This document shows, one piece after another, positions 53,011 to 64,000 of a DNA stretch of 64,000 nucleotides. Position 1 is the stretch's first letter, and every line of letters starts with the position of its first letter. This stretch comes from the human T2T-CHM13v2.0 reference genome, Homo sapiens: the NCBI RefSeq assembly GCF_009914755.1, contig NC_060947.1; one strand, written 5' to 3'. The notes below the pieces were generated by a model. It was not told where the DNA came from. It worked only from the letters and a program-made list of their open reading frames with translations, and ran no database searches. A program made the position numbers and the translations under genes.

Positions 53011-56000
53011 ACAAGAAATGAAAAACCAAACCATTCTTTTTGGGAGACTGTTCTGCAATGCTGGGCTATTGTGTCACTTTGAATAAGACCAAAGTGAGAA
53101 CTGTGCATGATGGACCCATATATATCCTCCCGCTCTTTTGGAGGCCTGCTCCATGGAATGCTTTTCTCACCTTTGCACCTCCCTTGGTGGCATTATTTAA
53201 ACCCTATATCTGGTGTCCCTGATACTTAACCCAAGCAATGGTTCAGTTACATTATGCATTTACTTACCTCTATGAAAGACATTATCACACCTTGGGCGAG
53301 TATCTGTTTACAAATATTTGCAGGGAGGAAGACAGCACAGTGGTTAGGGGTGTGGGCTGGGGAGTCAGATTGCATGGGTTTGGATTCCCACTTTGTCACC
53401 TACTAACCCAACTTTGGGAAAGATCTTAAGCTCCAGGGCTCTGCAGTTTCCACTTCACAGTAGGACTATCCATTGAACACCAAATGAAAGATAGGTAAGA
53501 GAGACAAGATAATATACCAGTCTCTCTGGAGGACAAGGAGCAAATCTGATTCATTCTTAGGTCCCTAGCATTTAATGCAGTGCTTTGCACAACACAAATA
53601 ACTGATAGAGCCTAATGGTTAAAAGCAAGGGTTTTGGAGCTACACATACCTGGGTTCAAAACCCAGCTCCACCACTTACCAATTGTGTGGCTTTGTGCAC
53701 ACACACACTTCTCTGATATCAATCTCCTTGTGATAAAATGAGAGAATTAAATGACATAATTTATGGAAAGTGCCTAGCACAGTGTCTGATACCTAGTAGA
53801 AGCTAAAAAATATTGATCTAAAAATTCAGTTGAATGGAATTTAACTGACAAAGGATTGTAGTTGATTCTACAAAATGGACAATTGTACCTCTCTGACTAA
53901 TCTGGAAAAGTCTGCTTGGTGTTTAGAAGAAAATGTTTGCCCTTAGAGTGTCCATCACAGCTGAAATGTATAATGTGTGTTTGTGGGAGGTGACCTTCTT
54001 TCACCTCAGACTCAAGGGGAGACAGGTGGGAAGTGCTCCCACTGGGGCAAAATGCCAGCGGGAGGGGAAAGAAAAGCAAATGTTTCCACCCCTCCTTCTG
54101 GATAAAGGCAAAGTACTGTGCGGAGGCTGGTATGTGGCACTGGGCCCACTGAAGGGTATTGATTTTTTCTTTCCAGGAAGAAATGCACATTACTCATTTT
54201 TAAATAGGCTGTCTTGTTCTGGACAGTAACTCCTGTGACTTTGAAATAACGCACTTGCGTGTTTTAGGTATAGGCTGCTTTTGGAGGGAAGGTGTGCTGT
54301 TTTGATTAAGTGGGTACACAGGAGAGCTCTGTTCTTGGTACCATGACTAATGGGATAAATATCTTTAGCCCTGCTCTGTTCCTGTTCCTCACTCAACTCT
54401 CAAGGCACATGACCTCCCTAGAGCTCATTATGACTAAGAACTTGTTCTATGGTGCTGTCTTCTCCCTTGCGGTCAAATGTGTTATTCTAACGGTGGTTTG
54501 AAAAGTTCCTAGTCCAGTATCACTTTGCCTGGCACTTATCACTTTTCCGAATATTTCTGCAGCACCGTATTATTCAGTCCTCACAGCACCTACCCAGTGA
54601 GGTAACATACCGACCTATTTCACAGCTGAAAAAACTAAGGCACAGGGACAGAAATGGAGGGCAAAAAGAATGGGACTTAACCAGCCTGAAGAAGGAGGAG
54701 CTGCAGAGACACTTAGGACCTCATTAATCATTTAATTAATTAGTTAAATAAATACGCAGCAGGTGGTGCTTTTCCTACTAAGAAAAAGACCAGGAAAAAA
54801 ATAGATACATTGAAACACTGGAAATTTAAATCAGATACTTAGGGATGCATCCCCAAAATATACTGGCACACCCTACTTTATGGGATAGGGATTCCAAAAA
54901 GTTGTACTAAATATCATTTGCTTCTATATTCATGAGTTGATTCATTAATTAGTTCTATAAATATCTACTGCATGTCTCTCCAGTACAATACATACTGGAG
55001 AAATGAGAAAAGGAAGAAAAACATGCGTCATGAAGAAGTTTACCATATAGGAGAGGAGATTTGAAGATACACAGATAAAACGGAATACGGAAGTGCCATT
55101 AGGTTTTCAGAGGAGGAAGGGGCCTGCGGGAGCAGCAAGCAATCCCAGGGAGGGTTTCGTAAAAGGCATCTTTGAACCTCAAGCAGCTCTGAGCACAAAT
55201 GGAGAGGGCAGGAGAACTCACCAGAGACCAGGGCTGGCATAAATAAACACATCAGAAGCCGGAAAGCACAGGATTTTGTCACCAAGTCTAAATTACTACC
55301 ATTGAACCTATTACTACAGAGGTCTATTTATAATGCTTGGGGGAAGGGAATTTCTAAAGAACATGAACTAATTTCTCTCATAATGTGGATTCTCTTCCCT
55401 TAGATTCTGCTTTTTGCAAGTTCGAAGCAATGTCTTGTGTGCTTTCTGGATAGCAATTGTGTTAATTCTGTCTGGCAGGGATATGGCAGAGGAGAGAACC
55501 TTTCCTAATTGTATCTGGATGTTATTTTTAGTACAAATCAGTCGCAATGAAGGCTCACAGATTAGGCTAGATTGTGCTTTGCAACTTCTCACCCCAGAGA
55601 ATTTGGTCTAGAAGGCCCATTGAAAAAAATACCTGGGATTTCCAGCTAAGCAGGTTCTGTACCATCCAAAATTTGTATAGCCTCACTTGGTAAGCATGAA
55701 AGTATACAGCTGTATCATCCTGGGCTTAGTGCTCACCTACTGTGAATGTGTCCCAGGCAGCTGTTCTCCTGGCTGTCCTCAGTAGATGACCTTTAGGGAG
55801 AAACCTAAAAATGAGGTGTAAAGTCCCTTCCCAGCAGACTGTAGGTCAGGGGGATTAGAACACCACCTGGTTTGTACCCTCATGGAATTACTAATCTCAA
55901 TGACCTGGAATGACCTTTGCAGTTATTTTTAAGCCAAGTCGTTGGGGATTAGTCATCACCTAGAATTTAATATGTGTGTTTCTTGGCCTTATAACAGAAG

Positions 56001-56729
56001 ACTTTGCCCAGTACACATGCCATATATTTACCCTCAAGTGCAACATGTAATAAAAACTGTGCTGTTCTGTAGTAGTTGTTCATATTATAGTTCCAGATGA
56101 TGGATCATCTTGAGCCTTTAGCTGCTCATCTTGGTCTCCAAAAGGGAATTTCTTCAGCAATTATTTCCCACAAGTAGGCTTGGATCAGGATCTGCTCTTA
56201 CTTTGATACCGTCCCCCAAAAACCAAGAGCCATCAGGGATTTTCTCCCTGTATCCACAGGAGGGGTACAAGAGACTTTCTAACTTGGGGAAAATTCCCAC
56301 AAGGTCAAGGCTTTTTGGTTGCCAGGGCCCTTATTTCCTAGATGGCCAGCATTTGGCCAACAACTTGGTCCTTCTGCCACATCCACCAGGCTCACTGGGC
56401 CTCACCCTCTGCCTGTTGCCTTCCTGGCTGCCCAGTCTCCCTGTCAGTCTTCTCTGCCCCACTCTCCCTGGAGCACCTGCAGTCTTTCTACAAAGGAACA
56501 ATTCACCAGGCTCCTGAAGCTTCTGCCTTCACCATGGGCCTAACTGAATTGCAGCATCTTATAGGAAAACTGCATGGTCCATCTTTTCCAACCCTTTATT
56601 TTCCTTGCATTTGGCTCTGATCCTTCACTTGACTCTTGCCTCAGCTCTCTGGACATGGCTACGTGTCCTGTCTTTGCAAATCCCTATGGCCTGTGTTGGT
56701 ACTACTGATACCATGTCTATATGTAAAAA

Positions 56730-57290
56730 ACATCCAGCAATTCCACTCCTAGATATACATATACCCAAAAGAATTAAAAGCAGGGACTCAAACAGATTTC
56801 TGTACACCAATGATCACAGCAGCATTATTCACAATAGCCAGAAGGTGGAAACAACCAAATGTCTATCAACTAACTAATAGATAAACAAAATGTGGTACAA
56901 TCATACAATGGAATATTATTCAGCCATAAAAAGGAATGAAATTCTAATACATGTTACAACATGGATAAATCTTGAGGACATTACACTAAATGAAATAAAC
57001 CAGACACAAAAGGACAAATACCGTATGATTCCACCTATATGAAATATTTAGAATAGGCAAATTCACAGAGATAGAAAGCAAATTAGAGGTTACCAGAGGC
57101 TGAAGGGAAGGGGAGTGAGGAATTGTTGTTTAATGGGTTCAGAGTTTATGTTGGGGATGACGCAAAAGTTCCGGGTATAGATAATAGTGACGGTTACATA
57201 GCTTGATAATATAGTTAATGCCACTGAATTATACACTCACAAATGGTTGAAATGATAAATATTATGTTATGTATATTTTACCACAATTTT
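56730..57290 (+). mobile_element. L1MB-type 3' end
   Basis: ccagcaattccactcctag...agcagggactcaaacagat...atgttatgtatattttaccacaat. Confidence 0.88.
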
Positions 57291-58949
57291 TTAAAAACTG
57301 ATTTTTAAAAGTCTCTTTTTTCAATTTAAAAAAAAACACTTTTTAAACAATTTTCTTTTTTCAGTGCCCTCCACCCACTTTGACTCTCAATACACCTGTG
57401 GACAGTAGTTGGCACATAGATATGCTCACATATGGAAAATGGATGAGCTTACATAAGGATAGAAGTGCCTATACGCCTCACCATGTCAAGCAGAGTTTAT
57501 TCAGCAGGACTGCTGAAGCCTTGCAGAGTTACAAAGACAGATACACTCCTCAGGAAAATAGTTAGGGCCTGCGTTTCTTAAGACAGCAGAGAGAAGAAGC
57601 AGAGGCAACTGAAAAGGAGGGAAGCGCTGTCTTATGCCAGAAAGTGGGAAGGTACACTGAGCTCATTCCCCCACCCTACGCCTATTCCTCAAGCTTCTTT
57701 CTTGGATCAGCACAACTGTAGGAGAAACCTCAGCTCTGAACAGCCTTTCTGTCCCTGGCACCGTTGCTTCCCCAAGAGGGCAGCGTCTCTGGAATCTGTC
57801 CAAGAGCAAAATGGATTTTTAGGGATCAAAGACTTAATTCACATGAAAAGCAAGGTTTACAGCTGGGCAGAATTACTGTTTAGTGCTTTTTTTTCTCCTT
57901 TCTGTAATTTATATCTGGTGTGTTAGAAAACCCTGGGGAAAAATGAATGCGATTTTTTTTTTCAATTAAGACTGACTCCAGCAAAATTTTCATTATACTC
58001 CCCAAACCTCAAAATTAAAAAGACACCATGAGTACTTATAGAAATGTTCCTCAATGTTCTAAATAATTTCTTTAAGATGTACTCTATAATTTTTATTGTG
58101 TCTCTGTATTTAAAATTCACTTTCTAAATAGGTAAATGTCCATGTCAGGCAAAGATCAACACTCCATTTTGTACACAGAAAATAGAAGTACAGAGAGGAA
58201 AAGTAGCAGCCTACTTTGGTTTGTTTGTAGGAGAGACAGGACTAGAGCCAAAACCTCCTGACTCTAAAAATCCAGGCCTCTTTTCCAAAATACCATTTTG
58301 AACAGATGCAAAGCAAGGATCAAGATCAGGTTTCTGGACCAGGGACAAAGCAACAAGTCATCAGTATGAGAAATGCTGAGAAGTGAGGGATAAAGCACCA
58401 AGAACTCAAAATCTTCAGGACTGAGAGGGGCAGTTTCTGGGCCATAACCTTTCAGGATTCATGGGTTCCAACCAGGTTGGACCCACCTGCCAGACATGCT
58501 GGGATAATGCCTTTGCTGAAGGTCTACCAGGGAGGCATGAGTAGGCGGAACTGGGTAGGCCTGGGACTAAGGGAGCTGCCTTTGCCTTGGGTGGCCTGTA
58601 GTTCAAATCAAAATGTTCAAAATTATAGGGAAGCCTTGGGTCTGGAAGGACATCAACACAGAAGGGGGTTCAAGTCAGTGAATGGGACACCATGGGCAGC
58701 ATCTATGGACAGATTCTACATCTTAGGGCAGGAGAGTGGGATATCCTGAGTCTCAGCCAGTAGTTGAAGATAATCAACTCAAGCACCATGGAGAAAAAGA
58801 GAAATGCAAGAGTTGGGATGGCTATCAAAGCCTGGTCACACAAGGGCCTGATTGAGGAGGAAAAAAAAAAAAAAACAGCAGTTCAGCTACACAAGCTAGA
58901 CACACAGGGTGAGAGTTTAAGTATCATTTGGGAACGCTTCGTGTTGTGA

Positions 58950-59397
58950 ATAACAGCAACTAACAGTGTTAGAAGCAACTAATAGTGACTTAAGCCTTAA
59001 GAGCATTCATTATTTACAGAATAAAGAATCCAGAGATAAGCAGTCCTAGGATTTGTTCAGCAGTTCAATGATAACATTGAAACTTCAGGATTTTTTCATC
59101 CTTCCCCTCTACCATTCTTCAGCATATTCACTTTTTGCCCTTAAATGTGTTACCTAATGATCACAAAATTGTTGCCACAGCTATACGCATCAGATCCTCA
59201 CATAATTGGCCCTAAAAGAAAAAAGTAGGGGAAAATATTTTTTAAAGAGTTCTCCTTATATCTAATTAGCGAGAGATGTGTCACATGACTACCCACAAAA
59301 GCAAGTAATATTTGACCTTTTTATCTCTCTAGTGTGCGGAAGGCAAGGGAAAAAGAGGAATGGTTATTGAATAACCACGCAACAGTGTCTGCTGCAG
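58950..59397. mobile_element. MLT1(K/L)-like LTR
   Basis: Decayed MLT1 text ending caacagtgtctgctgca. Confidence 0.5.
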
Positions 59398-59424
59398 TGT
59401 GGCAGGGAGGTTGCTGCTTCATGT

Positions 59425-60269
59425 GAAATGGTGGGGCCCAGGGTCTCTCCATCAAGCATCCCAGATACCAGGCTTGGACAGCCAGACCAATTCCAGACTC
59501 CCTTTCCCTGGTGAGAATGCAGCTTCTAATACTCTTGTTCAGATGGCTCAGGAAGGTCTTTGGCATGACATAAGTTTTTGGAAAAAAAAAAAAAATCCTC
59601 TTAACCTAAAACTGCATGCATGCTCTCTTCATATAAGAAATAATACCAGGCCAGGCGCAGTGGCTTATGCCTGTAATCTCAGTACTTTGGAAGGCCAAGG
59701 TGGGCAGATCACTTGAGGTCAGGAATTTGAGACCAGCCTGGCCAACATGGTGGAATCCTGTCTTTACTAAAAATACAAAAATTAGCCTGGCGTCGTGGCG
59801 CACACCTGTAATTCCAGCTACTAGGGAAGCTGAGACACGAGAATCTCTTGGCGGAAGTTGCAGTGAGCCAAGATCATGCCATTGCAGTCCAGCCTGGGTG
59901 ACGGAATAAGACTCTGTCTCACACACACAAAAGAAAAGAAAAGAAAAGAAAAGAAAGCCAAAGTCCTCCTTATGCCCTTCCAGGAGACTGGCTGCTACCA
60001 TCAATTAGCTTCCCATCTTTGCTTCCATCTCAGGAACTTCCAGGGAGGACTTTGGCATTCTTTCTAATATGACGAGAGCATGAATGCAATTTTAGCTTAA
60101 GAGAATTTTTTTCCAAAAACTTATGTCATGCTAAAGACCTTCCTGAGCCATCTGAACAAGAGTATTAGAAGTTGCATTCTCCCTAGGGAATGGGGGTCGG
60201 GAATTGGTCTGGCTGTCCAAGCCTCGTGTCTAGGATGCTTGATGGGGAGACCCTGGGCCCCACCATTTC
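59425..60269. repeat. Inverted repeat pair B: left arm 59425-59648 plus 59957-59969 (split by an Alu), right arm 60044-60269, loop 74 bp
   Basis: By-hand alignment gives 19 mismatches plus a poly-A length gap over ~217 bp (~91%). It is also visible as near-identical ORF translations on opposite strands (59321..59566 minus, 60128..60319 plus). Confidence 0.96.
59649..59955 (+). mobile_element. AluS inserted in the left arm of inverted repeat B
   Basis: Dimer with a (CA)/(AAAAG)n tail. Confidence 0.95.
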
Positions 60270-60275
60270 CCATTA

Positions 60276-60593
<318 letters not shown>

Positions 60594-60829
60594 GTTAGGA
60601 GGCATTACAATCCTGGGGCTGCCCATGCCCCTCCCAGTGAACAAAGTTTAGTGAAACTTTCCCCTAAGACTCTGGCCCCCTTGGGTGCCCTTGGGAGGCC
60701 AGGGCCTCAAATTAGTTCCTATGGTGGGCTTCCTAGGTATCTTGGCAACTGAGTGCCCTGATAAACCAGATAAACCCTCTCTTGCCAAGTGCAATTCCAA
60801 ATCACAGTAACTGTAACCAGAGGCAATAG

Positions 60830-61090
60830 TCACAGCTAACACTTATGTAACATTTACTATAAGCCAGAAACAACATGTTCCATGCCCTTTATATGCCTAA
60901 TTCATTTAGTCTCACAACAACCCTGTTATGAGATGCTGTTATCATTACCCCTGTTTTACGGATGAGGAAACTGAGGTACACAGAGGTTAAGGAACCTGCC
61001 AAGGACACGAAACTAATAAGTGGCTGATCCGGGATTTGAAGCTGAGTAGCCTGGTCCCAGAATTCATGCTCCTAACCATTACACTGCCTC
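60830..61090. mobile_element. MIR SINE
   Basis: tctcacaacaaccctg...gatgaggaaactgagg...agaggttaagg...gggatttgaa. Confidence 0.8.
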
Positions 61091-61913
61091 TTATCCAAGT
61101 AAATTTTGCAGTGCTTTGATCAAACACAGAAAAAAAAAGTGCAGTTCAGAGGCAGTAGGAAGCATGTGGATGAAGAAGGAGTGCATGGTGGGCACTGTCA
61201 TTCATTCATCAGCCCCCAGGGTCTGGTGCCTTTATCCAGTGCTGTGGTGGTAGATTGTGGTGGCACCCATTGGACTGTGAGGAACATTCCATCTGAACAG
61301 TGATATGCTGTGTTAATAAGATGCCTAAATATTTGCATCTAATCTAAATAATGTGTGAAAAGAGCAGTCCCCATAGCTAGGATGCTCTGGGCCAGGCAAG
61401 ATCAGACATGGCATATGTTAGGATAGAATTGTCACTTGGGTTACATTTAACACTCCCACATAATGGAGTCTTTGTGAACTTTTCAAAAGATATAAACAAA
61501 ACATCTTGTTTCTCATGCAGCTACTTCAGAGAGATTTTATGGCTGCCTGCCTAATGTTGACATGAAATAGCTTTTGTCTTGACTATTGGAGTCATTAGGT
61601 ATCAATATTTGAAACACAAAGGTTACTCCTTTGTGTTTTAATTACTTGTGCATTTTTTATCCTTGAAGTACCAAATATAAAATTCATTTTAAGAAGGCTT
61701 TTATACATGTAAATTGTATTCAAAGCTCCTTTTAAAGTTACTCATTATTTTATAAAACATACAAATTTGGGTTAAGATATGAGGAATGTTTAATGATGTT
61801 TTCAGGTTATAATGATGAAAATGGATCTCCCTCTGGGTTTGGCAATACCCTTAGGTAGCTCTGACTCTGTCAAGGGAAATACAAAAATTCCAGAAGTTCA
61901 AAGTAAATTTAAA

Positions 61914-62030
61914 GCCTGGAGCAATGGTGTGCACCTGTAGTCCCAGCTACTCAGAAGGTTGAGTCGGGAAGATTGCTTGAGCCCAGGAGTTCAAGGCCAG
62001 CCTGGGCAACATAGCAAGACCCCATCTCTA
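61914..62030 (+). mobile_element. FLAM (Alu monomer)
   Basis: Single monomer ending gcaagaccccatctct. Confidence 0.85.
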
Positions 62031-62120
62031 AATAATAATAATAATAAGAAGAAGAAGAAGAAGAAGAGGAGGAGGAGGATGAAGAAGAGGACAAAGAGGA
62101 AGAGGAGAAGAAGAAGATGA
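62031..62120. repeat. Compound (AAT)n(AAG)n(GAG)n trinucleotide tract from the FLAM tail
   Basis: Directly visible. Confidence 0.9.
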
Positions 62121-63252
62121 TTTAACCTAAGTCAGGTGCTTAGAATTTGCTTCTGGGAAGTGTGTGACTCACAGGGCATATATAATATCTTCAACCAAAG
62201 AGTGACTCTCTGATGACATAATCCAATTGTGGGACTGCCATTACCTCACCTTAGGCTGACTCATTTTAATGACATACAATGGGTGACATTAATGACATGT
62301 GATAAACAATCACCAATGATTACCTAATAAAACCTCTTAAATCATGTAACACTTGATTATGAAAAAAATAGCAATAAAGAATGAAGACCTTGTTTTGTAC
62401 TGCTAAGATGAAAATTGAAATTTAACATTTAGGATACACTCCAAAAGCTAGCAACTTAGCAATTCCTTCTGGCTGTGATTGAGGAATGGCCTCCTGTGAG
62501 AGGGTGGGTCAGATGGATGACACAGAGTAAGGAAGAGCTAATTCTCAAGATTGCTCCTACACAAAAATATGAAGTCAGGAAATTTTGTCCATCTTCAATC
62601 CCTCACATCCCTTTCTTGGCCTAGCCCCCTTCCTCTCACCCTCCCACTTCTCTTCCTTGTGTCCTCTCTATTGGAGAAAGGGATGGTCAGGGAAGGCTTC
62701 GTGGTCACTGACTCTTTTCTGAACTCCTGGCTGTGATGCTGTGGTTATCCAGTTTGATTAAATCCGTTCAGACACTGCTCATGCAACCCAGACTTATAGA
62801 AAAGGAATTTGTAGCAATGGTTCAAATTAATAGCTATAACAGAAATGTAGTCTCCAGGTAGACCAATGGATAATACATTCCTTCACTTGCAAGACAGCCT
62901 GCTTATAATGCAGAAGAAAAATGCAACAGTTGGGATAGGCTAAGTTAGACTGTGGCAACAAACAACCCCATAACTTTGGCGGCTCACAACAGAAAAGAAT
63001 ATTTCTTGTTCACACTACATGTCTATCACAGCTCTGCTCCATTCTGTGTTCACTCAGGCCATTGAGGCAACAGGAAAAGAAAGATTATGAACTGCAGGAG
63101 AGGGGCACTGAAAGGAGTTGGGAGAAACAATATTTGGGGGAACAGTAATACGATCTACCAGAACAATTAATGGAATTATCTCTCTGAAAAGTCCCATGCT
63201 AAGAGTCAAAAAACCAGGTTCCACTTCTCTCTCTGCTGCCTAACCACTCTTA

Positions 63253-64000
63253 TATCGGGGGAACCCACCCCCAATATTTCAATGTAGGTTCTTTCTATTT
63301 TCCAAGTGTCAGCCAGTCTGAGAAATAAAGAGAAAGAGCACAAAGAGAGGAATTTTACAGCTGGGCCTCCAGGGGTGACATCACATATCGGTATGACAGT
63401 GATGCCCACCTGAGCCACAAAATCAGCAGGTTTTTATTAAGGATTTCCAAAGGGGAGGGGGTGTAAGAATAGGGAGTAGGTCACAAAGATCACATGCTTC
63501 AAAGGGCAAAAAGGAGAACAAAGATCACTTGCTTCTGAGGAAACAAGGCAAGGGCAAAATCAGAAACTCCTGATAAGGGTCTATATTCAGCGGTGCACGT
63601 ACTGTCTTGATAAACATCTTAACAGAAAACAGGGTTTGAGAGCAGAGAACCGGTATGACCAAAAATTTACCAGGCTGGAGTTTCCCAATCCTAGTAAGCC
63701 TGAGGGTACTGCAGGAGACCAGGGTGTACCTCAGTCTTTATCGCAACTGCATAGGACAGACATTCCCAGAGCTGCCGTTTATAGACCTCCCGCCAGGAAT
63801 GCAATTCTTTTCCCAGAGTATTAATATCAATATTCCTTGCTAGGAGAAGAATTTAGCGATATCTTCCCTACTTGCACATCCATTTATAGGCTCTCTGCAA
63901 GAAGAAAAATATGGCTCTTTTTGCCTGACCCCACAGGCAGTCAGACCTTTCGGTTGTCTTCCCTTGTTCCCTAAAATCACTGTTATTCTGTTCTTTTTCA
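63253..64000 (-). mobile_element. MER11-type ERVK LTR, cut by the window edge
   Basis: tatcgggggaacccacccccaatatttcaatgtaggttctttctattt...gagaggaattttacagctgggcctcc, which I recognise as the reverse of the MER11 3' end. Confidence 0.8.

Noticed and set aside
54977-55001. 9-bp hairpin TCTCCAGTA/TACTGGAGA
   Set aside because: Short enough to be expected by chance in 64 kb.
63820-63840. Peptide NINIP resembling the residues after SMPX exon 2
   Set aside because: Inside the MER11 LTR, on the wrong strand and side of the gene; coincidence.

Overview
Primate (human-like) genomic DNA, AT-rich, CpG-poor and repeat-dense. The left ~13.6 kb holds the 5' end of SMPX (small muscle protein, X-linked; Chisel) on the minus strand: non-coding exon 1 (13246-~13417), exon 2 (9550-9606, encoding MNMSKQPVSNVRAIQ) and a muscle-type promoter. 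Exon 3 lies left of the window. The remaining ~50 kb is upstream intergenic DNA made mostly of Alu, L1, MIR/L2, LTR and DNA-transposon fossils. No ORF in the supplied track is a credible gene. I cannot demonstrate a new biological system. The best leads are two unrelated ~190-230 bp inverted duplications (45.4/46.7 kb and 59.4/60.2 kb), a CpG-retaining hairpin/pseudoknot-forming element in SMPX intron 2 (~7.2-7.5 kb), a dense NBRE/DR4/TEAD/MEF2/E-box cluster 42 kb upstream of SMPX (55.7-55.9 kb), and a 37-codon uORF in exon 1. Repeat subfamily names are by-eye recognitions and their boundaries are approximate.
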